From Selaginella moellendorffii (lineage: Eukaryota; Plantae; Lycopodiophyta), in assembly GCF_000143415.4 (NCBI RefSeq), contig NW_003314295.1, positions 1,721,950 to 1,785,949 on the forward strand: DNA of 64,000 nt, read 5' to 3'. Under the pieces are notes generated by a model that saw only the letters and a list, made by a program, of their open reading frames with translations, did no database searches and was not told the origin of the DNA. A program made the position numbers and the translations under genes. Positions within the stretch are counted from its first letter, which is position 1. Each line of letters starts with the position of its first letter. Below, one piece after another: positions 54,199-64,000 of this stretch.

Positions 54199-56145
54199 CT
54201 ACCTCGTTGTTTGCAAACGAGGTAGTTTGATTGGAGCAAGGAAGTTCGACACCAGCACATAGTTTGCAGCTTCTTCTGTTTGTAGAGACGCTACGTTCCC
54301 TGCTACTCGACTCCCTCCACGGAGATCATTCTTGGAAGCTCCAAGAACACATCTCCATTCCATAGCATCCGGCACAAAAGGCATGTTCTTTACCAGATCG
54401 TGGGCCTCGTCGAGGTGTCCAGCCCGTCCTAGCACGTCGATCATGCAGCAAAAGTGCTGCTTCCCAGGTCTAATCCCAAAGTCCACCACCATCGAAACGA
54501 AGAAACCGATAGCAATCTCCACGGTGCCCCCGTGACAGCACGCAACGTAAACGGACACAAAGCTCGTCTCGTCCGGCATCGCCAAGAGCTTCATGGTGCT
54601 GAAAAAGTCGAGAGCATCGCCAAAGAGTCCATTACAAGAGTAAGCGACGAGCATGGCATTCAGAGCAACAAGGTTCTGCTCTGGTAATCGATCGAACAGA
54701 CTCTTGGCCTGCAAGAACCGCCCACACTTTGCATAAGTCGCAAGGATGGTGTTCCACGACACAGAGTCCCTCTCGGCCATCTCTTCAAAAACAAACTCGG
54801 CGTGTCGCAGCATCCCGTTTTGCGAGAAGCCGCAGAGCAGCGAGTTCCAAGTGACCACATTCTTCTCGGGCATTTTTCCAAGCAATCCAAGGGCTTGCTC
54901 GATGTGGCCATTCTGGGCGTAGGCAGTAAGCATGGCCGTCCAAGTAACTACGGTAAGCTCTGGCATGTTTGCAAAGAACCGGCTAGCTTCTTCCACGTAC
55001 CCGCGCGACGCATAAGCGTGTAGCATGCTCGTCGATGAGACCAAGTCCCCAAATGGCATTCGATCGAACAGACACTTCGCCTCTTCCAGATGATCAGCTT
55101 GGACGAATCCAGCCAACATGGAGTTCCAAGTTACCAAGCTATGGTTTGGCATCGCATCGAAGATCTTCTTTGCATCGCGGAGATGCCCGTTTTGAGCGCT
55201 CGCTCCAAGCATCGTCGTCCAGGACACAAGATTCTTCTCCGGCATGCGCTTGAAAACCTCTTTTGCTTCGTCCAAGCCCTCATTCAGCGCAGTCGCAGAC
55301 AACAAAGCGTTCCACGAGATTAAGTTGTGCTTCGGCATGTCATTGAATACGTTCTTTGTCTCGCCCAAGTGACCGTTTTGGCCATATCCAGTAAGCATGG
55401 CATTCCACGACGCCAAATCCCTCAACCCCATCTCATCAAACAAGCGCTTGGCGCCCTCCACATCGGCGGCCTGGGAATAAGCCGAGAGCATCGCGTTCCA
55501 GCTTACCAGGTTCTTCTCCGGCATGCCGCTGAACAAGATACTCGCCTCCGACAGATGCCCACGCCGGGCAAGTGCAGAGATCATCGATGTCCACGTCACC
55601 TGGTTGTGCTCCGGCATTTTTTCGTACGTGCGCTTTGCATCTTCAAAGATGGCGTGCTGGGAGTAGCAGCAAAGTAGAGCATTCCAAGATACCACATTTC
55701 TTTCTGGCATGTGCGTAAACGTTTTCTCAGCTTTATCGAGATGCCCACAATGGGCATAAGCTGACAGCATCGAGGTCCACGTCAGAAGATTCCGCTCCGG
55801 CATCGTGTCAAACACCCCTTCGGCCTGATTAAGTTTGCTGCTTTGGGCGTACGCAGCCAACATGGCATTCCACGTAATCACGTCTCTAACCGGGACGCCC
55901 TCAAACACCTCTCGGGCGTTTTGCAGATGCCCGTTCTGGGCATATGCAGCCAGCATCGCCGTCCACGTCGTCACGTCCCGGCACGGGCACTGGTCAAAGA
56001 TCTCCTTCGCCCGCTCGACCTGCCCAACTCGGGCGTAAGTCGATATCATCGAATTCCAGTTCAGTGGATCGCTGTTAGAGCTGTCGGGGAGAACCCGGTT
56101 CGCCATGCCCAAGCTCCCAATCTCGCCTCTCTTGAGTTGGGCCAT
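54199..56145 (-). CDS. PLS/E-class PPR protein with a long array of short motifs, no DYW
   Basis: 648-aa ORF of xxWNAMLxAYxQxGHL..A..F..MPE repeats; KQHFCCMIDVLGRAGHLDEAHDLVKNMPFVPD, WRCVLGA, YVLVSN. Confidence 0.95.
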   Translation of the reverse strand: MAQLKRGEIGSLGMANRVLPDSSNSDPLNWNSMISTYARVGQVERAKEIFDQCPCRDVTTWTAMLAAYAQNGHLQNAREVFEGVPVRDVITWNAMLAAYAQSSKLNQAEGVFDTMPERNLLTWTSMLSAYAHCGHLDKAEKTFTHMPERNVVSWNALLCCYSQHAIFEDAKRTYEKMPEHNQVTWTSMISALARRGHLSEASILFSGMPEKNLVSWNAMLSAYSQAADVEGAKRLFDEMGLRDLASWNAMLTGYGQNGHLGETKNVFNDMPKHNLISWNALLSATALNEGLDEAKEVFKRMPEKNLVSWTTMLGASAQNGHLRDAKKIFDAMPNHSLVTWNSMLAGFVQADHLEEAKCLFDRMPFGDLVSSTSMLHAYASRGYVEEASRFFANMPELTVVTWTAMLTAYAQNGHIEQALGLLGKMPEKNVVTWNSLLCGFSQNGMLRHAEFVFEEMAERDSVSWNTILATYAKCGRFLQAKSLFDRLPEQNLVALNAMLVAYSCNGLFGDALDFFSTMKLLAMPDETSFVSVYVACCHGGTVEIAIGFFVSMVVDFGIRPGKQHFCCMIDVLGRAGHLDEAHDLVKNMPFVPDAMEWRCVLGASKNDLRGGSRVAGNVASLQTEEAANYVLVSNFLAPIKLPRLQTTR

Positions 56146-57757
56146 CCACCTAGCATTTAGTTTCCCCTCTCTTAAAGCTCTTGATTTGATGACATCAAAA
56201 GCCTGTAATGCATAGATCCTTCTTCCTTGCTCCCGGGCAGAAAGCCAGCGTCACTGTTCATCCCCACCACTTTTCGCCACGCACACGGCATCGCCCCCTT
56301 TCGTAGCTTTCTCCTTTCCAGATGGTGCTTTCCAATTGATGAATCATCCTCTACACCCAACACGTCTCTCCCAAGAAATCAAGAAAAATTCCCAAATTTA
56401 TCTTTGGGACCCAAGACTGGAGAGATCTCTCCACCAACAACAAACACAGACACACACGAGTGATGGATCAAATAGACGCCGCGCAAAGATTCCTGGGATC
56501 TTATTTTTTCTGACCACCAAACCAACAACACACCACCCTAGTGTGATGGAATCGAGGACGAAGACGTCTCTTTCCAAACCATGAGATATGCAAAACGGGA
56601 AGGGTTAGCGTGATTAAACGAATAATGCGTCAACCAAATGCCAGCTGTGGGTATATGGGCATGTTTCACATTGTCGCGTTGTATACTGCTAAGAACTACA
56701 AATTAGTGAATAAACTAATTTCCAGGATTAACATATAAGAAAAGGTGACGCAGCCGATGATGACGACACATGGTATGATTTCACGAACTGAAAAATAGTA
56801 CGTAGTAAAAGATTGATCGCTTTGCATGGCTTTGCGCTTGGGAATTGGAAGATGGACCGAACCACATTTTTTGTTAGGAAGTGCAAATTTACCATGTATT
56901 TATTATTTGGGGGAGATTTACAATGGTTATTTGTCATGTTGGTTGATCCACAAAGTCCATGACAAGAAATATAATTTACTAAGTCTAAACCCTGCCCAGT
57001 AGTACTTTTTAGCATGGGAGGAGTGGGCGCTGCTTTGAAAAGATCGCGAATCCAAATCACGAGCTCTCGAGGAGGAGGAGATGTGAATCCCCGATGATTC
57101 AAGTCATGGCTGTTGCGTTGTACGAAAGATCTGACCATGCAAGGAGAAACTTTTAAAAAAAAATTTCCCAGCTGATACTTGAGATCAACCAAGTCCAATT
57201 GCAAACATTCTGTCCTGTCTGGAAAATCTATACACAATTCGACGCTGTCAGGAAGAATAGAATATAGATAAAGGTAAAAAAGAGAACTAAAAAGGATAAG
57301 AAAAAAAACCATGGATGGATCAAAAACCATCCAGGCAGGGAGAGAAAGTGGATCAATCCATCTCTCAATTGTTGTGTTGTTGATCCCTTTTGGCAAAAGT
57401 TTTGCTGGCAAGTTGCTGTTGCTATCACAGCAAACATAGAGCAAGCAAACAACAACAGCACAGCATGGGACAATATACAAATCAATAATTTCATATACTC
57501 GCAAGTCAAAGATTAAAACGCAAAGATTAGAATTCTATCGCAAAAGTTCGGCATTTTCATTTCTGTGGGCTGAAATTTCCGTCGTGCATGTACGGGGTTG
57601 GCTGGAGAATATTCCAACAGGGGTAAAATCACCCATTTAAAAGCTCGAGGGTGGTAACAATTCGTTGTCATGGTTCCGGGATAATGCATTTTGTACCCGC
57701 CCCGTTTGACCAATCAATGCGTTACAGCGTCGCCTGGAAATACCAGAAGGATACGGC

Positions 57758-57786
57758 GGACGTGGCATCGACCAACATACGTGGAT
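57758..57786 (+). promoter_or_regulatory. Paired ABRE-like elements upstream of the clade A PP2C
   Basis: ACGTGGC at 57760 and ACGTGG at 57779; ABA induction of clade A PP2Cs via ABREs is established in angiosperms. Confidence 0.5.
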
Positions 57787-58655
57787 TTGCGCCTAATCGC
57801 GCTTTGCTTAGCCAGAAAGAGAAAAGGAGGCTGCCTGGCCGAAGAAAAAAAAAAAGAAAAGAAAGAGAGAAGAGAGAGAGAGTGTGTGTTGTGTGTGTGT
57901 GTGTGTGTGAGCGAGAGAAAGGTCATAGGGAGTTCTTCAATCCAGCGAAGAGATTTGTAGAGTGTGTGAGGGATTCCTGGGCTGTGGAGCGCGAGAGAGA
58001 GAGAGAGAGAGAAGGAGCTAAGCTTGAGGTTCTCCTTTTTTTTTTTTTCTCCTCTCCTTGCTTTCTCGTGTGCTTGCTTGCTTGCTTGCGCTTGCTCGCT
58101 CGCTTCCAGCGGATTCCACAGCGTTCTCTCGTGCACACACACTGACACACCCCATTTTCCCATCCCTTTCTTCTCTCTCTCTCTTTTTCTCTACTCTCCT
58201 CGCATCTCTAGCACAAGCCCTCGTTTCTTTCTTGCTCCCAGTGCCAATTCTTCGCGGGCGAATCCGGCGCCCTCCTCCTGGGCGTTAGGGATTGGAGCCG
58301 CGGCAATGGCGAGGCGAGCAGCGCATTGGGCTGCATTGGGCGCGCTCCAAATCAGGTGAGACTCGTCCCAATCCCAGCTCCGCCGAAATCCCAGATGGGT
58401 TCCACGGAATTCCTCCCCCAGGGCTCGTGATCTGCTCCACTAGACTGGAATCGCAGCGTCGGCTCGCTCCAGGACATGCGGCGGGCGTGCTTTTGATCCC
58501 CGGGGCTGGATTCGCCGGCTGGAAGCACTTTAGGCTGGATTCGCAGGGTCGCAGCAAATGCCCAGTGGCGGCATTTGGAGGTGTCGTCCGAGCTCCCGCG
58601 AGTGAACAACGATGAGAGATGGGAGAAGAGGAGGAGGAATGTGTAGTGGTGATGG

Positions 58656-60442
58656 ATGCCGCTGGGGGTATGTGATAGCGCGGCCGGAATGTCTGGGCTC
58701 GTTCCATCGTCCTCGGAGGCAACACCATCTTTGTCAACGCCGCCAGCCTACGAGAGCGATCTCATCTCTTCCGAGAGACACGACAGGAGGAATGCCAGTA
58801 GCAGGACTAGTAGCGGCAGCAGCCTGAGCAGCGGTGGGAGCTCCGGCGCGCTGCTCGATCAAACGCAGCAGCACAGATTACTCCCGGATGGAAGGGATAG
58901 CCAGGAAGAACAGGCGTCGCGCGACCAGGGTGGCGAGGGTGGCGAGGGTGGCGATTGCGTGGCTGCCAACGATATCTTCCCGAGCTATGGATTGGTGTCC
59001 TTCATCGGACGCCGCAAGGAGATGGAGGACGCTGCTACCATCGCTGGAGACTTTCTGTCACTTCCCTGTGACATTGCCCGTCACTCCAGCCAAGATGGTC
59101 ACCATAGCTCGCACCACTTCTTCGGTGTTTACGATGGGCATGGCGGATCCCAGGTAGTGGCACTCTTCTTCATTGTTTGTTCTTGATCGTCTTTCCAGGT
59201 AGCACACTTTTGCAAGGATCGTCTCCACGTCGCTCTAGTGGAACAGATCAAAGAGTCGATAGCTCTGGCCGGGTTTGCCAGTGCAAACGAGGTGACGTGC
59301 TGGAACACCGTGTGGGAGAAGGCTCTCGAGTCGTGCTTCCTCAAAGTTGACGGCGAGATCGACTCGATGTGCCTGCGGCCAGGCAACTGCGACAAGTGCG
59401 AGGTGAACACGGGCGTTTGCTGCGAGACGGTCGGATCCACCGCGGTCGTCGCCGTGGTGAGCTGCTGCCGGATTGTCATAGCAAACTGCGGGGACTCGCG
59501 GGTGGTTCTTTGCCGCGGTGGTCGGGCCATTCCACTCTCGGTGGATCACAAGGTACGTTCAACACACCCAACTTTGCGTTGATCTCTCGTGTTCCAGCCC
59601 GAAAAGGAGGATGAGATGCAACGCATCGAGGACGCCGGCGGTCGAGTCATCTTCTGGAACGGCTACCGAGTCATGGGAATGCTGGCCATGTCCAGAGCGA
59701 TCGGTGAGCTTTGCCATCTTTCGCTTTGCTTTGCTATAAGTTCCATCTTTCGCTTGTTCTTCGCATTAGTTCCATCTTTGTTCTTCGCATGCTTTGCTAT
59801 AAGTTCCATCTTTCGCTTGTTCTTCGCATTAGTTCCATCTTTGTTCTTCGCATGCTTTGCTATAAGTTCCATCTTTCGCTTGTTCTTCGCATTCTTGCTT
59901 GTGGATTGTTTTCGGAGAGAGTGACACAGTCGCATTGGTTTTTTCCAGGCGATCGCTACCTCGACCGCTTCGTCATCCCAAACCCGGACGTCAAGTGCGT
60001 GGTGAGGAGCGACGAGGATGAGTTTCTAGTCCTGGCCAGCGATGGCTTGTGGGACGTTCTCACCAACGAGCAAGTGTGCGAGGTGACGAGGATGTGCCTG
60101 GCGGGGCGGTGCACCAGCAACCTCGACGCTCTCTCGGCACACACGCACGGCACCGAGACCTCCCACGCCCGCGTCGCCGCCGCCTACCTCACCAAGCTCG
60201 CCTACAATCGCCGCAGCGGCGACAACATCAGCGTGCTCGTCGTGGACTTGAAAAGCGGAGTAGCGGCGGCGGCGGGGATGCTCTCCTCGGTTTCTATAAC
60301 TTCCTCCTCCTCTAGCTCTAGTTCTTCGCCCGCGATGCCAGTTTCTACGATGACAAGTACTACTACTACTGCTGCTGCTGCTTCTACCGCTACCGTCGCT
60401 GCTGGATCAACTCCAACATCGGAAGTAGCAGCCACGCCTTGA
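58656..60442 (+). CDS. Clade A protein phosphatase 2C (ABI1/HAB1-like); exons 58656-59153, 59199-59552, 59598-59703, 59949-60442
   Basis: [115 protein letters not shown]; Ser/Thr/Ala-rich tail. Confidence 0.95.
59714..59895. repeat. 63-bp tandem repeat (nearly 3 copies) in PP2C intron 3
   Basis: ttgctataagttccatctttcgcttgttcttcgcatt at 59731, 59794 and 59857. Confidence 0.93.
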
Positions 60443-60743
60443 GAGATTTCTCTTTTCTTATCTACGTTTTCTTTTTTTCTTCCGCGATCGTTCTCCTCCT
60501 CCTTGGTCATCGTCACCTCTTAAGTTTTGGATCTCCTTCCACACGATCTGGCCCAGAGAGACTCGTTCTCTTGTTGAATCACTGTGGACTACTATTAACA
60601 AACGAATTTGTAAATTTATCTCTTGCTCTTTTTGGTGAGAGGTGCTGCTGGGCTGCCAACGCACACTTCTTTTACCCTTGACTCAACACAATCAATGCCA
60701 AGTATCGAAGAAAAATAGCTTACCATAGTCCAAATATCAAAGA

Positions 60744-60746
<3 letters not shown>

Positions 60747-60792
<46 letters not shown>
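60747..60792. repeat. (TC)n microsatellite
   Basis: Uninterrupted TC dinucleotide run. Confidence 0.95.
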
Positions 60793-60798
<6 letters not shown>

Positions 60799-61997
60799 AT
60801 TCGTAGTCGTAGTCGTAGTAAACAAGTGTCAATCAGCGTGGAGTTTTGATTTCTTGTCAAGGCCTGGCCTGGCAGAAGAAAAACACAGCCACACAAAATG
60901 GACCTTCTCTCGGCAGCTCGGAGGAGAATTTGACCAGCAACTAAAAGCTAGGCTATTCCTCTCTCTTGGAGTTTTTAACTCTTCCAGTATCATCCTCCTT
61001 CGTCCGCGTAATTTCTTGTGCTCTGGGCCGAGGAGGGGCGAGAGGCCATTTTTTCAAATCGCCCCCATGGTCCTTGAGGCAAGCTTCGCCATAAACAATG
61101 TTACAACCTCAGTCTCAAGAAGCCGAGCCTTTACAGATGCCCATTCCCGGTATGTGTCTCAGCGTGCGTGAACTATAAACAAATGGTTGCGGGCTGGCCG
61201 GATTAGATTAAACATGACACTTGGGTACATTGGTTACTTTCAAAGCTGTACCATGAATCTTCAGCTATGGCGGCAAAGGCTTGCTGTGTCACATCTTTTC
61301 ATTTATAAAAGCTGAAGTAAGCTCTTTGAGGTGATGGGCTTGCTGCGTGGTGGACTGATCCAAGAGGGGTGGACCAACATTTTGTACTGAACGATGTCCT
61401 TGTTTATTATTTATTTATATTTATAGTATATATATAATTATTATATTACTATTATTAGTAGTAGTAGTATTGTCTTTGTGATAGAATTCCCCGTGGGGAT
61501 CATCCTCCACCATTTTGTCTTGAGGATCCATTCATGGGAATGTGAGCGCAATTTGCTAAGTTAAGCGCAGCTCGATTTCACACAACTCAAAGCTGCCGGA
61601 AAGATTAAAAACTTTCTCTCTTTCCTGGAGAGGAGCAAAGGTTCTCAAATCCCCATGCAATGGCTGCCATCACCTCAAGCAGAAGAAACCATTAAAATCG
61701 AGAGAGGGATAGATAGACAAGAATATGGTCATGTCATTGAGCGCATCTTCTAGCTTATTTATACCCGTGATTAGATTACGATCGATCCTCTCTAGGCTCT
61801 AGTTCATCTGCGGTGCTAATAGCTTTTGTTCTTACAGTTTCGAAGGCTATGGTTTATAGTATCTAGTGTGTCTGCGAGTGTTTGTGTGTGCTTGGACGCG
61901 AGCGTTCGTGTTCCTCTTTTGTGTTGTTTTTCACCGGTTCTTTAGCTAGAGAAAACCCAGAGAGGTCAACGCCGCTTCAGATCACTCGATGTGCAAC

Positions 61998-62621
61998 ATG
62001 CCAAGGCGATATCTCTGCGAGATTGTTCTTGTTTTGCTCGCGCTGCAAGCGATCCTGGCTCGCGGCAGATTCAATAGCGATGGTAAGAGCTGCAACCCGA
62101 TAATCTTGTGACTCACACTCGCCTTGTGCTCTAGAGAAACTATGCTGCAGTGACGAGCCACCCGCGAGGAGCGGCGCCAAAGAATCCTTCCAGGTTTGTG
62201 TCTGGATCATCTATCAATACGTAATCGTCTATCTCTTTCGCAGAAGCACAAGGCAGCAAGAGCACCGAGAACATCGAGCACAGCTATGGACAAGACAGTG
62301 GTTGGATCAACGCCTCCGAGCTGCCTGAACAAATGCGCCTCTTGCACACCGTGTCAGCTCGTCAAGGCTCTGGGGGAGGACAAGAAGATCGGATCGAGCC
62401 CCCCGAGCTGCAATAACAAGTGCAACGCTTGCGTTCCTTGCCAGGCGGTGCAAACACCCATGTCGTCCTCGAATCCCCGCGAAGAACACCAAGAACAGCC
62501 GCGTGAAGAGCGCGATAATCAAGACGATCGCGAGGTCGGGGAGCACTTCATTGTTGGGTTCTCAAACTACATGCCAGAGACTTGGAAGTGTAAATGTGGC
62601 AACCAGTTCTTTAGTCCGTAA
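61998..62621 (+). CDS. EPFL: EPIDERMAL PATTERNING FACTOR-LIKE secreted peptide precursor (EPFL1/2-type), three exons; start could be 61989
   Basis: Signal exon MPRRYLCEIVLVLLALQAILARG, in-frame GT-AG introns, mature domain IGSSPPSCNNKCNACVPCQAVQ...SNYMPETWKCKCGNQFFSP. Confidence 0.9.
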
Positions 62622-62689
62622 GTAGAGCTTAGCTATCTCCAAAATAAAAGGAAACTTTGATAGAGTTTGATCTATCTCGCGCTTGCTAG

Positions 62690-62920
62690 AATGGCCATAG
62701 CTCCTGCGATCCTGTGGCTCCATCTCCATAGTGCGAGCAAGGATCCGCCCCTTGTTGACAACGCTTGCCTTCCTCCACAACAAGCTCATCGATGCCTACG
62801 GCGGGCGAGAGCTGTTTCCATGCCATGCCCAATGCGAGTGAGAATGCCTTCACCTGAATGTTCATTGTTTCAGCATACAAGCAAAATGGACCTGAAAGTG
62901 GCCTGAGCCATGATCTTGGC
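62690..62920 (+). pseudogene. Short PPR N-terminal remnant
   Basis: Reads FLHNKLIDAYG..., then NAFT*MFIVSAYKQNG with a stop in place of the conserved Trp. Confidence 0.55.
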
Positions 62921-62949
62921 AAAGAGCAAAATATCTATTTCTGTATCTT

Positions 62950-64000
62950 GGACCACTATTTTTTATGACAAAAGAGGGTATTTAGCAATTTTTGCTCCAG
63001 GTGATAATTTGTGTTGGGTGGTAGAAAATATGCTTGAATCTTCTAGGACTTTTTCAGTTGTTATTTATTTAGATTATGTTGTGTTTTTTAGTATATTCTT
63101 ATTCTCCTATCATAAGATTAATTTTGTGTTTATAAATTATACGCTTACTTATAATAACAAACTTTCAACAAACATAAGGATACACATTTTTAAGATAACT
63201 TTTATAACTAATTCTCTAACACTCTAAAGTATGAAATAGTAAAGTTGTGAAAACTTATAATATGATTAGTATAAAGAAGTTATCTGATTACTTACAAAGA
63301 TATAACTACATGATTACTCATAAAGATTGAAAAAAAAGTTACATTTAGAATACTTATTTAGCTCTCGTATAAACTTTTATTTTAGCAAATTTGAGAATTT
63401 TTAACTAAATTACACATTAATAAATTTAATTAATAATAGTATTAAACAAAAAGTAAAACATAATTTTTGTTGTATATTAGCTCATATTGACACTATTATT
63501 TATAGTTTATATTGTCCTTGTAACAACCAACAATATTAAATGACCAAAATCTATACAAACAAATCTATTTTATATAACTCTACTACAAAATAATAATCAT
63601 CCAAATCATATTTAAACATACCCTTAAAAATTTCAAATAGTTCTTCAAAGTTATGCATTTTATGTATATAACTATATAAAAAATTTATTTAATAAGGTTT
63701 TTTATTGTTTAACCAACTCATAGAAAAACATTCTATAAACTTGTTTATATTTTAATTTCAGTTTTTATATTTCATATAGAAAAAAGATTAGGATTTTAAT
63801 TATGCATTTGTTAGAATTAATTTTTAGCAGATTGCATATGTATGATTTTATGAATATTTTTTCAATAATTTTTGTAAAAGTTTTACTTTTGGAAATTTTG
63901 ATTCATATATTTGAATGTATAAAGATTAACTTTGGATAAGTTTAGTTTTCTTAAATTATATGGATATTACATAATAAATAATTACTCTCATTTAGTAATT
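62950..64000. other. Very AT-rich non-coding block; similar blocks at about 15160-15530, 17720-18210, 37630-39300 and 42500-42900
   Basis: Abrupt composition change and no credible ORF; may be old non-autonomous transposon DNA. Confidence 0.55.

Noticed and set aside
56728-57504. 258-aa minus-strand ORF between PPR and PP2C
   Set aside because: No recognisable domain, and it includes intron-like T-rich stretches; cannot be supported without expression or homology data.
58290-58308. miR171-like string gattggagccgcggcaat
   Set aside because: Needs an indel and a mismatch, and no precursor hairpin with a star arm is evident.
11839-62621. Apparent hormone-signalling cluster (PIN, BRL-like RLP, PP2C-A, EPFL, CRTISO)
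   Set aside because: The genes are interspersed with unrelated housekeeping genes; co-location is expected at this gene density.

Overview
Gene-dense nuclear DNA of a land plant with a very compact genome. Introns of 45-70 nt, intergenic gaps often under 250 nt and several PLS-type PPR genes built from short motifs fit a lycophyte such as Selaginella (inferred, not proven). Genes in order: 5' part of midasin (MDN1), chloroplast rhodanese STR14, a long PIN, a PPR, an F-box/LRR gene behind tRNA-Asn, a small membrane protein, a DUF3411/RETICULATA-related protein, a U-box/ARM E3 ligase, AXY9 and a frameshifted PPR. Next comes a ~12 kb decayed block (31.4-43.3 kb) of deletion-riddled, partly inverted copies of neighbouring genes, two inverted cap-methyltransferase pseudogenes and an ~893-bp AT-rich tandem duplication. 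Then follow an LRR receptor-like protein, OPA3-like, CRTISO, a BC10/DUF266 glycosyltransferase, PPR, MinE, PPR, a clade A PP2C and an EPFL peptide. The best lead is the kinase-less LRR receptor-like protein (43334-45403), whose island domain and flanking LRRs align with BRI1/BRL2 brassinosteroid receptors. Other leads are an EPFL with a duplicated cysteine module, His at the IAA-binding Asn112 position of the PIN, four apparent GC-AG introns, and a visible record of duplication, inversion and microdeletion. All homology calls come from recalled family sequences; no searches were run.
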